From: a virus
Taxonomy: Duplodnaviria > Caudoviricetes
Reading direction: 5' to 3' (one strand)
Length of the DNA stretch: 25,029 nucleotides
IMG/VR virus record: IMGVR_UViG_3300006851_000022
Location: 1-25,029 of that record
The translations under genes were made by a program, and so were the position numbers. The notes below the pieces were generated by a model that made no database searches, was not told where the DNA came from, and worked only from the letters and a program-made list of their open reading frames with translations. This document shows, piece after piece, positions 17,189-25,029 of the stretch. Numbering within the stretch: position 1 is the first letter of the stretch; every line of letters begins with the position of its first letter.

Positions 17189-18706
17189 TCAACCTCCGCG
17201 TTGAAGTAAATGGAGAACGGTGTCTTGGAGCCGCTCTTTGGTTTCCAGGGCAACGTACCTGCGTTTGGTCAGTTCCCCCAGGGTTAAGTGAGTGATGATT
17301 ATACGCTTGCGGGAAGCCGCTTGCAACACCCGGCCATTGGCCTGGGCGTAGGTTTCGGGCTTGAACGGCGGCAAAACCCACAGTATGTAGTTGGACCGGT
17401 CCAGGGTGATGCCGTGGCTCATTGTGTCAGGCACGGCCACCAGGGCCTTGAGGTGGCCGGCCTGGAACCGGTCCACCAGGCGCCGGCGTTCGGCTGGCTT
17501 TGTGTCGCCATAGTACAGGGGTGCTTTGAGTTCATCGGCAACGGTTTCGGCGACAGCCCGGAACGGCGCAAACACCAGCACCGGGGTGTCCGCCTGGTCC
17601 ACGTATTCGCGGATAGCGTCGTACAGCGGCTTGGCGTCCAGCTGGCGCACGGTCCGCTCGCCGGCCTCATCATGCACGTACACGCCCCCGCCCTGGACCT
17701 GCAGCAGCTTGCTGACCAGGACGCCGGCGTTCACCGCGTTCACTTCCTCGCCGGACTCAAACTGTGCCACTGCTTCGTTTTCCAGCTTGGTATAGACCCG
17801 GATTTGCTCTTTCGTCATCGGCACTTCCAGGTACTCTTTCTGGACCGCCGGCACGTCACCGCAATCGTCCAGGGTGAACCGGATTGCCGGCTGTAGCCAA
17901 CGTGCCACCGTCGCTTCGGCGTCGTCCTTGGGAATCCACTTGAACCGCGTGACCTGTCGCATGGTCATGCCGCGCCAACGATGCTTGCTCATGTATTCCT
18001 TGTGCAGCAGGCGGATGAGACCAAACGCGTCCTCAGGCGAGTGTTGCGTGGGGGTGGCCGTCAACAACCACAGCGGCAGGTCATCGCCGACAATGGCCGC
18101 CAACGCTTTCCAACGCCGGCTGGACGGGTTCTTCATGCTGGTGGCCTCATCAACCACCACCAGGTCAGGGCCCACCTCATCGATAACCAGGTGCAGGCTT
18201 TCAGGGTTGACTATCACGAAGTCCACGTCCCTGGCCGCATCCTGGCGCTTGCGGTCCGCGCTGCCTGTCAGGATTGTCCAGCTCTTGTTGTTGCCCCAGG
18301 TGCGCATGATGGACCGCTCCCACACCAGTTCCAGCGTCGATTTGGGCGCTACAATCAAAACTTTCTTGACGGCGCCCTCTTGCTGCAGGTAATCAGCGGC
18401 CCACAGCGTGGCCATTGTCTTGCCGGTGCGCATCCCATTCAGACAAATCGCTCGGTTGTGCGTGGCCAGAAATTCGGCCGTAGCTATCTGGTTGTTCCGG
18501 GGCGTGTACGGCGGCGGCCAGCGGTATGTGTAGCGTAGGGGGTGCGGGGCACGGTGGCCAGCGGCGCGCAGTTCCTGCCAGGCGCGGAACGTCAGTGGGG
18601 CGACAGACACCCGGCCATCGGTGCGCACCTGGGGAACGTCGGTAACCGCGCGCGGCGTGTAGTAACCCCGCACCCGTGCTTCGTTCAGGACCTGCCAGGC
18701 GGTCAT
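17189..18706 (-). CDS. SNF2-family DNA helicase
   Basis: MRTGKT, IVAPKS, VVVDEAT, LLTATP, SHGITL and QANGRV superfamily-2 motifs. Confidence 0.9.
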   Translation of the reverse strand: MTAWQVLNEARVRGYYTPRAVTDVPQVRTDGRVSVAPLTFRAWQELRAAGHRAPHPLRYTYRWPPPYTPRNNQIATAEFLATHNRAICLNGMRTGKTMATLWAADYLQQEGAVKKVLIVAPKSTLELVWERSIMRTWGNNKSWTILTGSADRKRQDAARDVDFVIVNPESLHLVIDEVGPDLVVVDEATSMKNPSSRRWKALAAIVGDDLPLWLLTATPTQHSPEDAFGLIRLLHKEYMSKHRWRGMTMRQVTRFKWIPKDDAEATVARWLQPAIRFTLDDCGDVPAVQKEYLEVPMTKEQIRVYTKLENEAVAQFESGEEVNAVNAGVLVSKLLQVQGGGVYVHDEAGERTVRQLDAKPLYDAIREYVDQADTPVLVFAPFRAVAETVADELKAPLYYGDTKPAERRRLVDRFQAGHLKALVAVPDTMSHGITLDRSNYILWVLPPFKPETYAQANGRVLQAASRKRIIITHLTLGELTKRRYVALETKERLQDTVLHLLQRGG

Positions 18707-19053
18707 CTCAAGGTCCGGGCCAGGTCCACAGCCGCCCGGTGCAGCGTACGCAGCCCCGTCAGGCGGTCCAGAAGCGCTTCCAGGGCCTCCAGGCCATGCT
18801 CATTGATGACCAAGGACACGCCTCCGGCGCGGTCAATGGCTTCAATCTGCCGGCGCTGCCAGGCCGTCGGCTTACCCTTGGCAAACTTGGCCTCGATGCC
18901 GACAAAATACCCTTTGTAGCACACCACGAAATCAGGTATCCCATGCTGCCCGTAGCCAGTCTGAACCGGCATGTAATACCAAGCCCCACGGCGCTTTAGG
19001 ATGGACTTGATAGCGTCCTTTACATCGGCTTCCTTACGAAACTTTTTTGTCAT
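18703..19053 (-). CDS. VRR-NUC domain nuclease
   Basis: EADV..GIPDF..GIEAK..KPTAWQ..AGG PD-(D/E)xK signature. GGAGG 6 nt before ATG 19053. Confidence 0.85.
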   Translation of the reverse strand: MTKKFRKEADVKDAIKSILKRRGAWYYMPVQTGYGQHGIPDFVVCYKGYFVGIEAKFAKGKPTAWQRRQIEAIDRAGGVSLVINEHGLEALEALLDRLTGLRTLHRAAVDLARTLR

Positions 19054-19243
19054 CATCAACCTCCGCTTTTGCAACAATTTTTAGGCACTCCGTCAGGCTG
19101 CCGACCGCTTGAGACAGCGCTTCGCGCGCCTTGTCCTTTGACGCCACGGTCGGCAATCCGGAGACCCGCTCCAACAGGTCCAGCAAGCCCAGCAAGTCCG
19201 ACATGATGCGCAGGATGGCGTCGGATTCGTCAAAACTGTTCAT
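19034..19243 (-). CDS. Hypothetical protein (69 aa)
   Basis: Tightly overlapped in the - strand operon; helical. Confidence 0.55.
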   Translation of the reverse strand: MNSFDESDAILRIMSDLLGLLDLLERVSGLPTVASKDKAREALSQAVGSLTECLKIVAKAEVDDDKKVS

Positions 19244-19554
19244 TCTTCACCCCCCATCGGGCGCCCAAAGGGATGCGCCTCAAGGTATTTTTCCTTGGCC
19301 TTGATGCAGTCATCGTATTCCTGCATCACCTTGTCCAGCAGGGCGTCCAGCCAAGTGCTCAGAAACGCAAGCTCCAAAGCAGTGTCATCGCTACAGTGGC
19401 GGTCAGCAGAAGCCTCTATCGAAACCAGGCGGGATCTGGTCTCGGCTATGACCCGAAGCAGGATGGGCCGGTCGTCCAACAGCCGGTTGAGCTTCAACAC
19501 CGTGCCGAAGCGTTCGTCCGGCATGGGTGCCGGCTTGATGCGTTTAGTTTTCAT
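19240..19554 (-). CDS. Hypothetical protein (104 aa)
   Basis: GGAGG RBS; ATGA overlap with the downstream gene. Confidence 0.6.
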   Translation of the reverse strand: MKTKRIKPAPMPDERFGTVLKLNRLLDDRPILLRVIAETRSRLVSIEASADRHCSDDTALELAFLSTWLDALLDKVMQEYDDCIKAKEKYLEAHPFGRPMGGEE

Positions 19555-19747
19555 CAGTTACCTCCAGTTTGTTTGCCAGGGCCCGGCTTTCAGCCAGGAC
19601 CTGGTTGTATCGGCGTTTGGATTTGCAGCGCTCACAAAAGTCCGCGTCACACTGACACCAGACCCACCGGTCAACAGCCTCGGACAGGGTCAGGCGCAAG
19701 AGGGTTATGTGGGCGAGCAGCGTCCGGATGTTTTCGTCGGCGGTCAC
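19544..19747 (-). CDS. Hypothetical protein with Cys motif (CQCDADFCERC)
   Basis: GTGA overlap; four Cys suggest Zn binding. Confidence 0.5.
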   Translation of the reverse strand: MTADENIRTLLAHITLLRLTLSEAVDRWVWCQCDADFCERCKSKRRYNQVLAESRALANKLEVTDEN

Positions 19748-19998
19748 TTCGACGGCACCCGGACGCCGGACGGGTCCAGTTCAACCAGACCGTCGTCGCA
19801 CATCCACACCAGCCCTTCGGGGACCCGGTAACCGCGGCAGCGGCGGTCCAGGGTGTTGTAGTTCACGTCAGCAGCCGCCCAGGCAGGCGGGTTCAGGCCG
19901 TCCAGCCAGGGCTGGACCACGCGGTCCAGAAACAACCCGCCGGCAACCAGGCCAATCAGCAGGGCCAGCAGGAACAAAAAAACATGCAATCGCTTCAT
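19744..19998 (-). CDS. Small membrane-anchored/exported protein (84 aa)
   Basis: GGAGG RBS; N-terminal hydrophobic helix; two Cys in the C-terminal part. Confidence 0.6.
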   Translation of the reverse strand: MKRLHVFLFLLALLIGLVAGGLFLDRVVQPWLDGLNPPAWAAADVNYNTLDRRCRGYRVPEGLVWMCDDGLVELDPSGVRVPSK

Positions 19999-21719
19999 GG
20001 GTTACCTCCGTACGTTTCCATGACAGTTACCTCACAATCCACCGGCAGACCGGCGGCCCATTCAGGCAGGTCCAACATCACGCTGGATACCTGTTCCTCA
20101 ATCGTCACGTGGCCCCCCGCATCACGCGGGACCACCAAAACAACCTCATCGTGGACCAGCAGCGCGGGACGCCCCGGCATGCGCAGCGCCGCGTGGTAGA
20201 TAACGTCACGCGCAACCGCTTGTGTCCAATTCTGCGCCACCAGGCCGGGCCACAAATTAACCTCCTGCCGGCCAGCGCCGCGGCTGAAAAGATGGTGACG
20301 CCAGTATTTGACGTCCCTCCCTTGCCGCTGCATGTCAGGATACGTCAGCAAACGGCCCGACGGCAACTTCAGGTGACCGTCACGCAGTAGACGCTCAAAC
20401 ATTGTGCGCCAGAATGCCACCAGGGCGGGTCGCTGGCGACGGAAAACCGAAACTATCCAGTTAGCGGTCCGTTCGTCCATGTCGATTTGATACCCCTGGC
20501 AGTAGCCCAGGAATCCGTTTGCAGACTGGCCAAACCCCAGGGCCAACACAGCCGCTTTGGCCTGGTCCCGCTGCAGCGGCGACACTTCGTCATAGTCCAC
20601 GTGGAAGATGGCGGTGGCGGCCTCTTTGTACGGGTCTCGGCCAGACACAAAAGGCCCCAGGGCGCCGGCACAGTCCGCACCCCAGGCAATCACACGCGCT
20701 TCAATCTGTGAATAGTCCGCAACCACCAGCACGTGACCATCAGGGGCGCGCAGCGCCCGGCGTAATGGACCGGACGGCAGGTTCTGCATGTTCAGGCCGT
20801 CAGCGCCGCTGGCGCGGCCTGTATGCGCCCCGTAGTACCACAGTGGCGCCGGCAGCGGTGACCCCACGTCCAAAAACCGCTGCGCGCGCGTCGCCTCGAT
20901 GGTGCTGCCACCCATGGTTTTGAGCTCGCGCAGCTTGCGGACGCGCGGGTCAGGGTGGCGCGCCAGCGACTGCATGAACGGGTCGGTCTTGGCGAACGCG
21001 TATGTCGGTCGCCCCCGCGCGCCCTGTTTCGTCCCGGGCTCAACGCCGCACTTGCGCAACACCGCCGCGAATGTATCCCGGCTGCGCAATGCTTCGGCCT
21101 CGGGCAGCGGCCCCGTGGCCAGCGATTCCAACAGCGGCGTGTCCAACTCCAATACCGGATTTGCCGCCATCCGAACGTGCAGGTCCGATGCCCGGCATTC
21201 ATGCAGCGGCCAGGGGCAGACTTTCCGCAACCAGGCGAACACCCGGCGCAATAGCTCAATGTCCCGTTCCGCGTACGTGGCCAACTGTTGGCCACCGGCA
21301 GCGACCGCGGCGGCGGTGTCCCCCTTGCGGTATTCCAGGAAACTGCCCCACCAGGCCAGCCCGGTGCGAGCGTCAGGCGGCAGCGCACCCTGGCTGATGG
21401 CGTACCGGGTCCAGTTCATCGTGCATAGCCACAGGGCAGGCGTGACCCCCGGCAAAAGTCGGTCCAGAACAGCGGCGTCAAACGCGGCATTGTGCGCCAC
21501 CACCACGGCCCCCGGTATCGCCGTGCGCAGGACGTCCAGCCCGTCGCCGGACTCGTCGAACGTCAGCCAGGCGGTGTGCCCGTGACCCGCAGCAACAGCA
21601 GCGCCCAGGGCCTGGAAGCGCTCGTCGCGCACATATTGCGCCGTCGGCAGGTTCTGCAGGCTGTAGCCCTGGTCATAGTACGTCTCAAAGTCCAGATAAA
21701 TCACGGGCGCACCGGTCAT
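19995..21719 (-). CDS. polA: Family A DNA polymerase with 3'-5' exonuclease
   Basis: ExoI LDFET, ExoII AHNAAFD, ExoIII YAERD; NMQNLP; motif A DYSQIEAR, motif B RDQAKAAVLALGFG, motif C LVHDEV. Confidence 0.92.
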   Translation of the reverse strand: MTGAPVIYLDFETYYDQGYSLQNLPTAQYVRDERFQALGAAVAAGHGHTAWLTFDESGDGLDVLRTAIPGAVVVAHNAAFDAAVLDRLLPGVTPALWLCTMNWTRYAISQGALPPDARTGLAWWGSFLEYRKGDTAAAVAAGGQQLATYAERDIELLRRVFAWLRKVCPWPLHECRASDLHVRMAANPVLELDTPLLESLATGPLPEAEALRSRDTFAAVLRKCGVEPGTKQGARGRPTYAFAKTDPFMQSLARHPDPRVRKLRELKTMGGSTIEATRAQRFLDVGSPLPAPLWYYGAHTGRASGADGLNMQNLPSGPLRRALRAPDGHVLVVADYSQIEARVIAWGADCAGALGPFVSGRDPYKEAATAIFHVDYDEVSPLQRDQAKAAVLALGFGQSANGFLGYCQGYQIDMDERTANWIVSVFRRQRPALVAFWRTMFERLLRDGHLKLPSGRLLTYPDMQRQGRDVKYWRHHLFSRGAGRQEVNLWPGLVAQNWTQAVARDVIYHAALRMPGRPALLVHDEVVLVVPRDAGGHVTIEEQVSSVMLDLPEWAAGLPVDCEVTVMETYGGNP

Positions 21720-22084
21720 GACGGGTCCTCGACGTGGCCATGGTGCGCCGCCAGGTAACGCTCCGCGTCCACCCGCAGCAGTTCCACCTGGTCCCAGGCG
21801 TCATCAAGACCCGCTGCGGCCGCTTCAGCTGCAGCTGAAGCGGCAACGGTGGCAGATATGGACGCGGGGGTTTCCGGCTGTCCCAGGGACGCGCGGATGT
21901 CCCGCATGGCCGCATCCATACGCGTTCGATAGTGTGCCAGGGCGTTGGCCAGGTCAATCAGGCCCAGCGCCCACAGGACGCCCTGGGCAAATTCGGGCCC
22001 ACGGTCCGCAATGACCAACAGGGCCAGCGCAGCAGGGCGGGTCATTTCGAGGGACGCCGGGCGGGTAAGTTTGATGGTGTTCAT
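21716..22084 (-). CDS. Hypothetical protein (122 aa)
   Basis: GGAGG RBS; ATGA overlap with polA. Confidence 0.6.
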   Translation of the reverse strand: MNTIKLTRPASLEMTRPAALALLVIADRGPEFAQGVLWALGLIDLANALAHYRTRMDAAMRDIRASLGQPETPASISATVAASAAAEAAAAGLDDAWDQVELLRVDAERYLAAHHGHVEDPS

Positions 22085-22086
22085 GG

Positions 22087-22242
22087 TTACCTCCAGGCCC
22101 GGCCAGCAGCTGCCAGCCGGGCGTTTGTGAATTGATGCGGCAGCCGCTCAAGTGCGGATAACGGGCCACTCAAGCACCGGGACGGCCCGGAACTCCGACC
22201 GTCAGCAACCGGGCCAAATTCAACAACGAATGATGCAGCCAT
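22087..22242 (-). CDS. Small hypothetical protein (51 aa, below ORF-track cutoff)
   Basis: GGAGG then ATG 22242; reads MAASFVVEFGPVADGRSSG..AGRAWR to TAA at 22087. Fills the gap exactly. Confidence 0.5.
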   Translation of the reverse strand: MAASFVVEFGPVADGRSSGPSRCLSGPLSALERLPHQFTNARLAAAGRAWR

Positions 22243-22256
22243 GTCTAAACCTCCGT

Positions 22257-22973
22257 TCAGGCTTTCTGTTCAGCAGCACGCGCCAACACGGCGCGATACC
22301 AATCACCCAGGCGGGACTCCAGGCCACGGGCGCGCTTGTCGATACTCAACGCGGCCTGCAGGCCCACAAAATCGCGGTTACCGTGCAGCAGCACCAGGGC
22401 GGGGAGACCGTCGCGCACCTGGAACAGGCGGACAGAGCCAGGACGCAGGCGGCCCGGCGACTTGCCGGCAAAATCGGCGGCGGCCTGCTGGAAACGCCAC
22501 AGGGTGCCTAGGTCGTACTCATCGCCCCAAACGGGCAACCCGTCATCAGGCAGCGGCGGCAGGACCCAGGACCAGCGGACAGCACCGGGACCCGGCGGCG
22601 CACTCATGGGGTACACCTCGCCATCAGCCACCAGGCGCGCTTCATCGGGTTCACCGGGCGTCAAATAAAGCACGGTTTCCACAGCTGCAGATTTCGGCAG
22701 CTTGCGCGCCACGACAGCCGGCAGGAAAAAGGAATAATCCGCGCCGGCACGGTCCAGGTCCGCCAGGCGGTAAACGCCCAGGCTGGTGCCGTCGGTAGCC
22801 ATGGCAAACACGCCAACGCCGGGGATTAACGACACATGGACGCCCTGCAGGTTATCCCGCGCATCATGCGGGTCCACCAGGCGCGCCAGGCCGCGCAGGA
22901 CCCGGCAGTTATCCAGGACGACAACTTCCATATCGGCCTGGGTGTTCTGGATGTTCTGTGTAACTGTGTTCAT
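22257..22973 (-). CDS. DNA polymerase III beta-clamp-like protein (238 aa)
   Basis: DARDNLQGVHV..AMATDGTSL..FFLP..VRWSWVLP parallels the clamp middle domain (RyyLnGv..vATDGhrL..viiP..pdyrrViP). AGAGG RBS. Confidence 0.65.
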   Translation of the reverse strand: MNTVTQNIQNTQADMEVVVLDNCRVLRGLARLVDPHDARDNLQGVHVSLIPGVGVFAMATDGTSLGVYRLADLDRAGADYSFFLPAVVARKLPKSAAVETVLYLTPGEPDEARLVADGEVYPMSAPPGPGAVRWSWVLPPLPDDGLPVWGDEYDLGTLWRFQQAAADFAGKSPGRLRPGSVRLFQVRDGLPALVLLHGNRDFVGLQAALSIDKRARGLESRLGDWYRAVLARAAEQKA

Positions 22974-22979
22974 AGTGGT

Positions 22980-23025
22980 TCCTCTTTGGTTGAGCGGCAC
23001 CGGACCGAAGCCCGGCGCCTGGTGG
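22980..23025 (-). repeat. Intergenic module copy A: stop-CCACCA-hairpin-CTCAACCAAAGAGGA
   Basis: GGCGCCGGGC-TTCG-GTCCGGTGCC hairpin followed by the RBS motif; near-identical to 23538-23587. Confidence 0.9.
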
Positions 23026-23532
23026 TCAAATAACGCCCTGTTCGGCCAGGCTTGTAGGCAAGCCAGAGCCGATTATGAAATGGTCCAGCAGCCGCACGTC
23101 CACGACGTCCAGAATTTCCTTTAACTTTACGGTCATGCGCTCATCAGCCGCGCTGGCGCGACGGGTGCCGGACGGGTGGTTATGGTAAACAATGACCGCG
23201 GCGGCGTTATGCGCCAGGGCCTTCTGGACGATGACGCGCGGATACACGCACGCTTCGTCGATGGTACCGGAGAACAAAACCTCATGCGCCAGCACGTAGT
23301 GCTGAGAGTTCAGGAACAAGGCGCCGAAGTGTTCACGTTCGGAGCCGGCAATCTGCAGGCGCATAAAATCGGTTACCAGCTTCGGGCTGGTGAGCCGGTG
23401 GGTTTTGCCGCACACCTCCAGGCGGCGCGCGTCCAGGCGACGTTCCAGGATGATAAGCGCCTGGGTTATAACTTCGTCGGCAGTCCAGCCGTTATATTCC
23501 GCGGCTGGTTCGGTTTTGATGTGGTTAGTCAT
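23026..23532 (-). CDS. radC: RadC-like JAB/MPN domain protein
   Basis: EREHF..FLN..GTID..VYPR..HNHPSG..S..D..LLDHFIIG, an intact JAMM motif. Short form with no N-terminal HhH domain. ATG 23532. Confidence 0.9.
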   Translation of the reverse strand: MTNHIKTEPAAEYNGWTADEVITQALIILERRLDARRLEVCGKTHRLTSPKLVTDFMRLQIAGSEREHFGALFLNSQHYVLAHEVLFSGTIDEACVYPRVIVQKALAHNAAAVIVYHNHPSGTRRASAADERMTVKLKEILDVVDVRLLDHFIIGSGLPTSLAEQGVI

Positions 23533-23537
23533 GTTAA

Positions 23538-23587
23538 TCCTCTTTGGTTGAGTTAATGGCGCCGGACCAGGGCCCGGCGCCTGGTGG
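23538..23587 (-). repeat. Intergenic module copy B
   Basis: GGCGCCGGGC-CCTG-GTCCGGCGCC hairpin followed by CTCAACCAAAGAGGA. Confidence 0.9.
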
Positions 23588-24016
23588 TTAGACGGCGCCC
23601 AAACGGACGGCCAGGGCCTGCAAATCGTCGTCCGCCAGGTCGTGCAGGGCGTCCAGCCCGCGGGCGAACAGGTCGCCGGCTGATACACCCTTCAGGACAT
23701 GGAGCAGCCGGGCCCGGCGCGGAAGGACGGCCAGGGCCAAGGTGCGAACCCGGCCACCAGGACCGGCGCAGCCCCGCACAAGGCAAAGCCCCATATCCTG
23801 CAGGGCCTGGACCGCGGCGCTTATTGCCGCGTCGAAGGCCGGGCCGTCCGAACGCAGGCCGTCCAGGACCCCCTGGCCGACCCCGGCGAACCGCAGCACG
23901 TCCAGGACGAGCGGCGCGCGAAAGAGTGATTCGTAGATACCGAAGCAGCCGCGGGCCGCTTCGGCCCGGGCAAGTTCGACGCCGGCGGCGGGCAGGTTGT
24001 TGATTATCTGGTTCAT
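23588..24016 (-). CDS. Hypothetical early protein (142 aa), first gene after the promoter
   Basis: AACCAAAGAGGAG RBS; the stop is followed by the repeat module. Confidence 0.7.
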   Translation of the reverse strand: MNQIINNLPAAGVELARAEAARGCFGIYESLFRAPLVLDVLRFAGVGQGVLDGLRSDGPAFDAAISAAVQALQDMGLCLVRGCAGPGGRVRTLALAVLPRRARLLHVLKGVSAGDLFARGLDALHDLADDDLQALAVRLGAV

Positions 24017-24057
24017 TGTGGCTCCTCTTTGGTTTGGTCAATCGCGAATACACCCTA

Positions 24058-24086
24058 ATTATAAACCCGACTGGCGCATAATGCAA
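24058..24086 (-). promoter_or_regulatory. sigma70-type early promoter
   Basis: TTGCAT-17 nt-TATAAT on the - strand, about 40 nt upstream of ATG 24016. Confidence 0.8.
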
Positions 24087-24187
24087 CACTTGAAGCGGGT
24101 TTATTTTGGCCCCGGCGCAGCTGCAGGACCGGGCACCAGGGCAGCACGGAACACAGACACCAGGACGGCAGGCGGAGGACACTGTAA

Positions 24188-24350
24188 GATTGTCTGATAC
24201 TCAGATTGTCAGATTGTCATGGCAATTTTAGATGGTCCCGCTTTTTGCCCCTACCGCACACCCAAAATATTTGTACGTTCTATTCACAAACACTGACATT
24301 CTGACATTCTGACTATATAACAACTAAACAATATTATTATTATTATTATG
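24188..24350. other. Putative replication origin (iteron-like 8-mers plus AT-rich tract)
   Basis: TCAGATTGTCAGATTGTCA (24201-19) is inverted to CTGACATTCTGACATTCTGAC (24293-313). A (TAT)n tract lies at about 24333-49 in an otherwise GC-rich genome. Confidence 0.5.
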
Positions 24351-24463
24351 CATTTCATGCAGTTACACCAACACCGCCCGGCAACTGTCCAACATGCGCA
24401 TATTTGTAAGTCATTGATAAATTCGCGCAGATTGCCTTCTTGATGCCTCCACGCGTGCAGCAA

Positions 24464-25029
24464 CAACCGGCGCAAGCCTGGACGTTTGGAGCAACCGGCG
24501 CAAGCCAGGACGGTACAACCGGCGCACGGCAAGCCGGTTAACTAACTGTCCAACTATGCTTGCACGTTTGCCCGGCTAACCGTCCAACTATGCTTGCACG
24601 TTTGCCCGGCCCGGCGCGGCGCAGATCGCGCACAGTATGGACACTAACAACCGCCCGGCAGCAGGTCACATACAGCCGCGCAAGTCAGGGCCCTGCAGGC
24701 CGCACAGCTGGCCAGCTTGTAGGCACTAACAACCGGCGCAAGCCAGGACGGCACAGGCAGGCCAGGACAGCCCGGCAGCCCGGCACCCTGGCACCCTGGA
24801 CCGTGGACGGCAGGACGCGCGCGCCAGCTCGTCGAGGTGCCACGTTCAAAATAAGGTGCCACGTTCACAAGAAGGCGTCTTCGTTCACAGGGAGGCGCAG
24901 GGAGCCAGTAGATAGGTAGTCCTTAAAACCACAGGGACCCCGGGGGGTTCAGCCCTCGCCCCGCTCGTCTAGCACCCCATTTCACCAAGTGTCTAATGTC
25001 AGTGCAGTCATGCAGTCATGCAGTCATGC
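24464..25029. repeat. Repeat-rich non-coding region (several direct-repeat families)
   Basis: CAACCGGCGCAAGCCWGGACG at 24464, 24492 and 24730; a 34-bp tandem pair at 24542-24609; AGGTGCCACGTTCA at 24835 and 24854; CAGTCATG x3 at the window end. Confidence 0.85.

Noticed and set aside
22980-23587. Integron attC sites
   Set aside because: No RYYYAAC/GTTRRRY box arrangement, hairpins too short, and no integrase seen.
11857-23688. Extended N-termini in the ORF track (starts 11961, 12748, 15570, 17381, 19077, 23000, 23688)
   Set aside because: Downstream ATGs have clear SD sequences and avoid long overlaps; the same logic gave starts 1124 and 9293 on the + strand.
13199-24003. Long + strand ORFs opposite the replication arm (e.g. 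13670..14473, 19273..20199, 20899..21585)
   Set aside because: Shadows of motif-bearing - strand genes.
24464-24750. Possible mini-CRISPR array
   Set aside because: Gaps between repeats are 7 nt, 3 nt and over 200 nt; no uniform spacers and no cas genes.
24284-24919. ORFs 24284..24532, 24560..24919 and 24644..24868
   Set aside because: Built from repeats, atypical composition, no RBS.

Overview
GC-rich (roughly 60-65% by eye) segment of a tailed dsDNA phage with podovirus-type virion genes, probably infecting a Gram-negative proteobacterium (it has two-component spanins). The + strand arm (1-10872) encodes late structural genes: tandem tail paralogues, a chimeric tail/nozzle-like protein, four ejection (internal virion) proteins, a stand-alone T7-gp17-like fibre adaptor and an FN3/Pro-rich protein. 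The convergent - strand arm (24016-10859) starts at a strong sigma70-like promoter. It runs through three repeat-delimited early genes (unknown, RadC/JAB, beta-clamp-like), a replication module (PolA, VRR-NUC, SNF2 helicase, SSB-like, HTH, primase-helicase) and a lysis cassette (M15 endolysin, holin, i/o-spanins, two accessory genes). 24100-25029 is non-coding and repeat-rich (origin/terminus-like). No integrase, RNA polymerase, tRNA or CRISPR array was seen. The most striking observation is a structured RNA between the primase and the endolysin. It carries an anti-Shine-Dalgarno loop for the endolysin and a 12-nt segment antisense to a motif repeated at the ribosome-binding sites of the early genes, suggesting an RNA-RNA early/lysis switch. 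All family assignments are from motif recognition by eye, not database searches.
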